From Kiritimatiellia bacterium (GTDB taxonomy: Bacteria > Verrucomicrobiota > Kiritimatiellia > JAAZAB01), in contig JAXGPF010000010.1 of assembly GCA_040767085.1 (NCBI GenBank), positions 160,001 through 224,000 of the forward strand: 64,000 nucleotides of DNA, written 5' to 3'. A program made the translations under genes and the position numbers. Shown here in pieces: positions 62,059 to 64,000 of this stretch; the first letter of the stretch is position 1, and every line of letters starts with the position of its first letter. A model generated the notes under the pieces. That model saw only the letters and a list, made by a program, of their open reading frames with translations. It searched no databases and was not told the origin of the DNA.

Positions 62059-62539
62059 AGAAACATTGCGGAAGGCAAAAGCCGTCGACCGAATCACGCG
62101 GCTGCTTACGTTAGGCCTATTTTCACGCGAAGCGAAGGTTACCGAGGCCCAACGGGCGTGCTATTCTGCGAAGACCCAACGCGATCAGTTCAATGAGTTT
62201 ACGGCCCACGCTACGAATCTTGACGACCAGTTACTGCAAACCGTCGAATTGCATGGCGTAAGGGTTAGTCGAAATACCTTTGCGGATTTTACGCGGCTTG
62301 GTGCAGAAGGATATCCGGTGGACTGGGAGAGTATCAGACGGTCCGTATTGGAGCGTGACGGTTTTCAGTGTACTGAAGCAGCTGGTAGGTGCGATGGCCC
62401 CCTCCAGATTCACCACATCGTGCCCCTCAGTCGAGGCGGAACGAACCGGCTTGAGAATCTTGTAACACTGTGCCTCTACCACCACTGCACAAAACATGAA
62501 CATTTGAGGGCAAAATACTATGGAAGTCTACGGCGCTGA
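62024..62539 (+). CDS. HNH endonuclease
   Basis: YP.DW..IR..VLERDG..C....C....IHHIVPLSRGGTN..ENL.TLC..HH...H. Confidence 0.9.
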   Translation: MNVFETNLVQCEETLRKAKAVDRITRLLTLGLFSREAKVTEAQRACYSAKTQRDQFNEFTAHATNLDDQLLQTVELHGVRVSRNTFADFTRLGAEGYPVDWESIRRSVLERDGFQCTEAAGRCDGPLQIHHIVPLSRGGTNRLENLVTLCLYHHCTKHEHLRAKYYGSLRR

Positions 62540-64000
62540 CATTGACGGTATCGAAGGACAACTTATCCGCTTTGCCGCCACCAAGGACGAGAACCGGCAA
62601 GGGGTTACACTCCTTGGCCTTGCAAAACAGGTTGTGAGAGAGGGATTCAGTCGCGTCGCCAAGGCAGTTGAGACCTTGGATGGTGATTGGTCGTCGATTC
62701 TCACCGATCAGGGATACACCGTTCAACTGGCTCCACCTGACGTGCCGAAGGTTTCCGCTGGCCTTGATTTGCCGCTCGCAATCATGCTGCTGTACGCAAG
62801 CATACTCCAAAATCTTGACACACTCGCAGATCAAATCACAAAGCTGAATGATGAGGCGGCCAAAGCCACGGACCGGAAAAACGGGGAAGAGATTCGACAT
62901 CGGTTGCTCGACACCATCGAGAATCTTGTTCGGCAGCGGGAGCTGATTCTTAAGTACCGAGAACGCCTTACCGCAAATGATGGCAAGTACCTTCTCATCG
63001 GGACTCTCGACATTTGCACAGGCAATCTTGCGCCCCCACAGTACGGTATATTCGGCATGATCTCCGCCGCGCAACCCGGTTTCACGGTCATCATCCCAGA
63101 GGACTCACGGATTCACGGAGCCGTCATAGGCAAGAGCCGGCCAGACATCCGCGTACATGTTGCCAAAAACCTCCGAGAGGTTTGGTACGTTGTTCTTGGC
63201 GTCAACAGGCCCCGACCAGCCACATACAAGATGTCCGACATTCGCCGCAAACGGCTTTGTCACTACGTCCCGGACTTACGTGCAATCGATGGTGTTGCTC
63301 GTGCTAAGAAGGCAATGGTAGTCGCCCTCGCTGGCGGTCACAACATGCTAATGGTTGGTCCACCCGGACAGGGCAAGACGATGCTGTGCAAGGCTGCGAC
63401 GGACCTGCTGCCGCGCCTTACGCATGTCGAAATGTTTGAGGTGAACAAGGTTTTCAGTGCTGCTGGGGAACTCCGGGCTGATGAAGTAGTGCTTGATAGA
63501 CCATTCCAAACTGCGACGAATGACGCGACAGACAAAGCCATCTTCGGCGGCGGCCACCGTCCGCCGTTGCCGGGCATCGTGTCGCTTGCGCACAATGGCG
63601 TTCTCCTTCTTGATGAAATTAACACCTTCAAATCTCACATCACGCAACAACTCCGAATCACACTAAGCGACCGCATTCAGAAGGTACAGCGACTCGGAGC
63701 CACAATCGAATACCCGTGCAGATTCATCCTCTTTGCCGCAATGAATCCCTGCAAGTGCGGTTGGTATGGACACTTTCATTGCTCCTCATGCAAGGCCATC
63801 TACATCGATCCCGACGTACGCTGTGCCTGTGGCAATAGTAAGCTCCTGCCAAAGTGCCACTGCTCGCGTCGAGATGTATCGGCGTTCCGTGACCGATTGA
63901 GCGGCCCACTACTCCGCCTGCAGGTACTACTTGACAGGATTGATCTTAAAGTGCTGGTCTCTGCATATGACGCCGAATTGGGCACCTATGACACAACGTC
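62520..64000 (+). CDS. Divergent ComM/YifB (Mg-chelatase-related) AAA+ ATPase, partial (runs off the window; absent from the ORF track)
   Basis: Manual translation from ATG 62520 is open to the end: MEVYGADIDGIEG, LAPPDVPKVSAGLDLPLA, AGGHNMLMVGPPGQGKTML, PGIVSLAHNGVLLLDE, AAMNPCKCG and LSGPL..LDRIDL. Confidence 0.88.
   Translation, partial: MEVYGADIDGIEGQLIRFAATKDENRQGVTLLGLAKQVVREGFSRVAKAVETLDGDWSSILTDQGYTVQLAPPDVPKVSAGLDLPLAIMLLYASILQNLDTLADQITKLNDEAAKATDRKNGEEIRHRLLDTIENLVRQRELILKYRERLTANDGKYLLIGTLDICTGNLAPPQYGIFGMISAAQPGFTVIIPEDSRIHGAVIGKSRPDIRVHVAKNLREVWYVVLGVNRPRPATYKMSDIRRKRLCHYVPDLRAIDGVARAKKAMVVALAGGHNMLMVGPPGQGKTMLCKAATDLLPRLTHVEMFEVNKVFSAAGELRADEVVLDRPFQTATNDATDKAIFGGGHRPPLPGIVSLAHNGVLLLDEINTFKSHITQQLRITLSDRIQKVQRLGATIEYPCRFILFAAMNPCKCGWYGHFHCSSCKAIYIDPDVRCACGNSKLLPKCHCSRRDVSAFRDRLSGPLLRLQVLLDRIDLKVLVSAYDAELGTYDTT

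Noticed and set aside
58170-64000. Prophage or ICE integrated at tRNA-Pro
   Set aside because: No integrase, phage or conjugation genes and no duplicated tRNA 3' end are visible within the window; it cannot be excluded beyond the window.

Overview
High-GC bacterial chromosome segment, most likely PVC superphylum (Kiritimatiellia/Lentisphaerae-like; inferred from gene content). The backbone holds carbohydrate-use genes (GH3, GH20, SGNH, CE7, fucI, URO-D-like), housekeeping genes (metG, lipA, comEC, gcvT/PA/PB, ruvB, rnhC, ruvX, coaX, nadC, dnaG), a complete F-type atp operon and tRNA-Pro(TGG). Five accessory features stand out. (1) A GxxExxY PD-(D/E)XK nuclease gene is bracketed by inverted arrays of a 28-bp CACCACGAAGGACACGAAGAGCACGAAG-type repeat that also recurs in distant intergenic regions. 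(2) Several other REP/MITE-like repeat families are present. (3) There are two apparently identical 1386-bp IS1202/ISNCY-type elements, one with a 16-bp target duplication and one without. (4) A decayed integron at 36.4-39.45 kb has a probable intI 5' remnant, truncated cassettes and a degenerate attC. (5) Downstream of tRNA-Pro, a repeat-flanked GIY-YIG remnant precedes an integrase-less cassette array (strong promoter, attC sites). That array carries an AbiV-type HEPN protein, a BRCT protein and an overlapping three-gene unit (unknown protein + HNH nuclease + divergent ComM/YifB AAA+ ATPase running off the window and missing from the ORF track). The three-gene unit is the best candidate for an undescribed defence system. 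All calls are by eye from motifs; no database searches were run.
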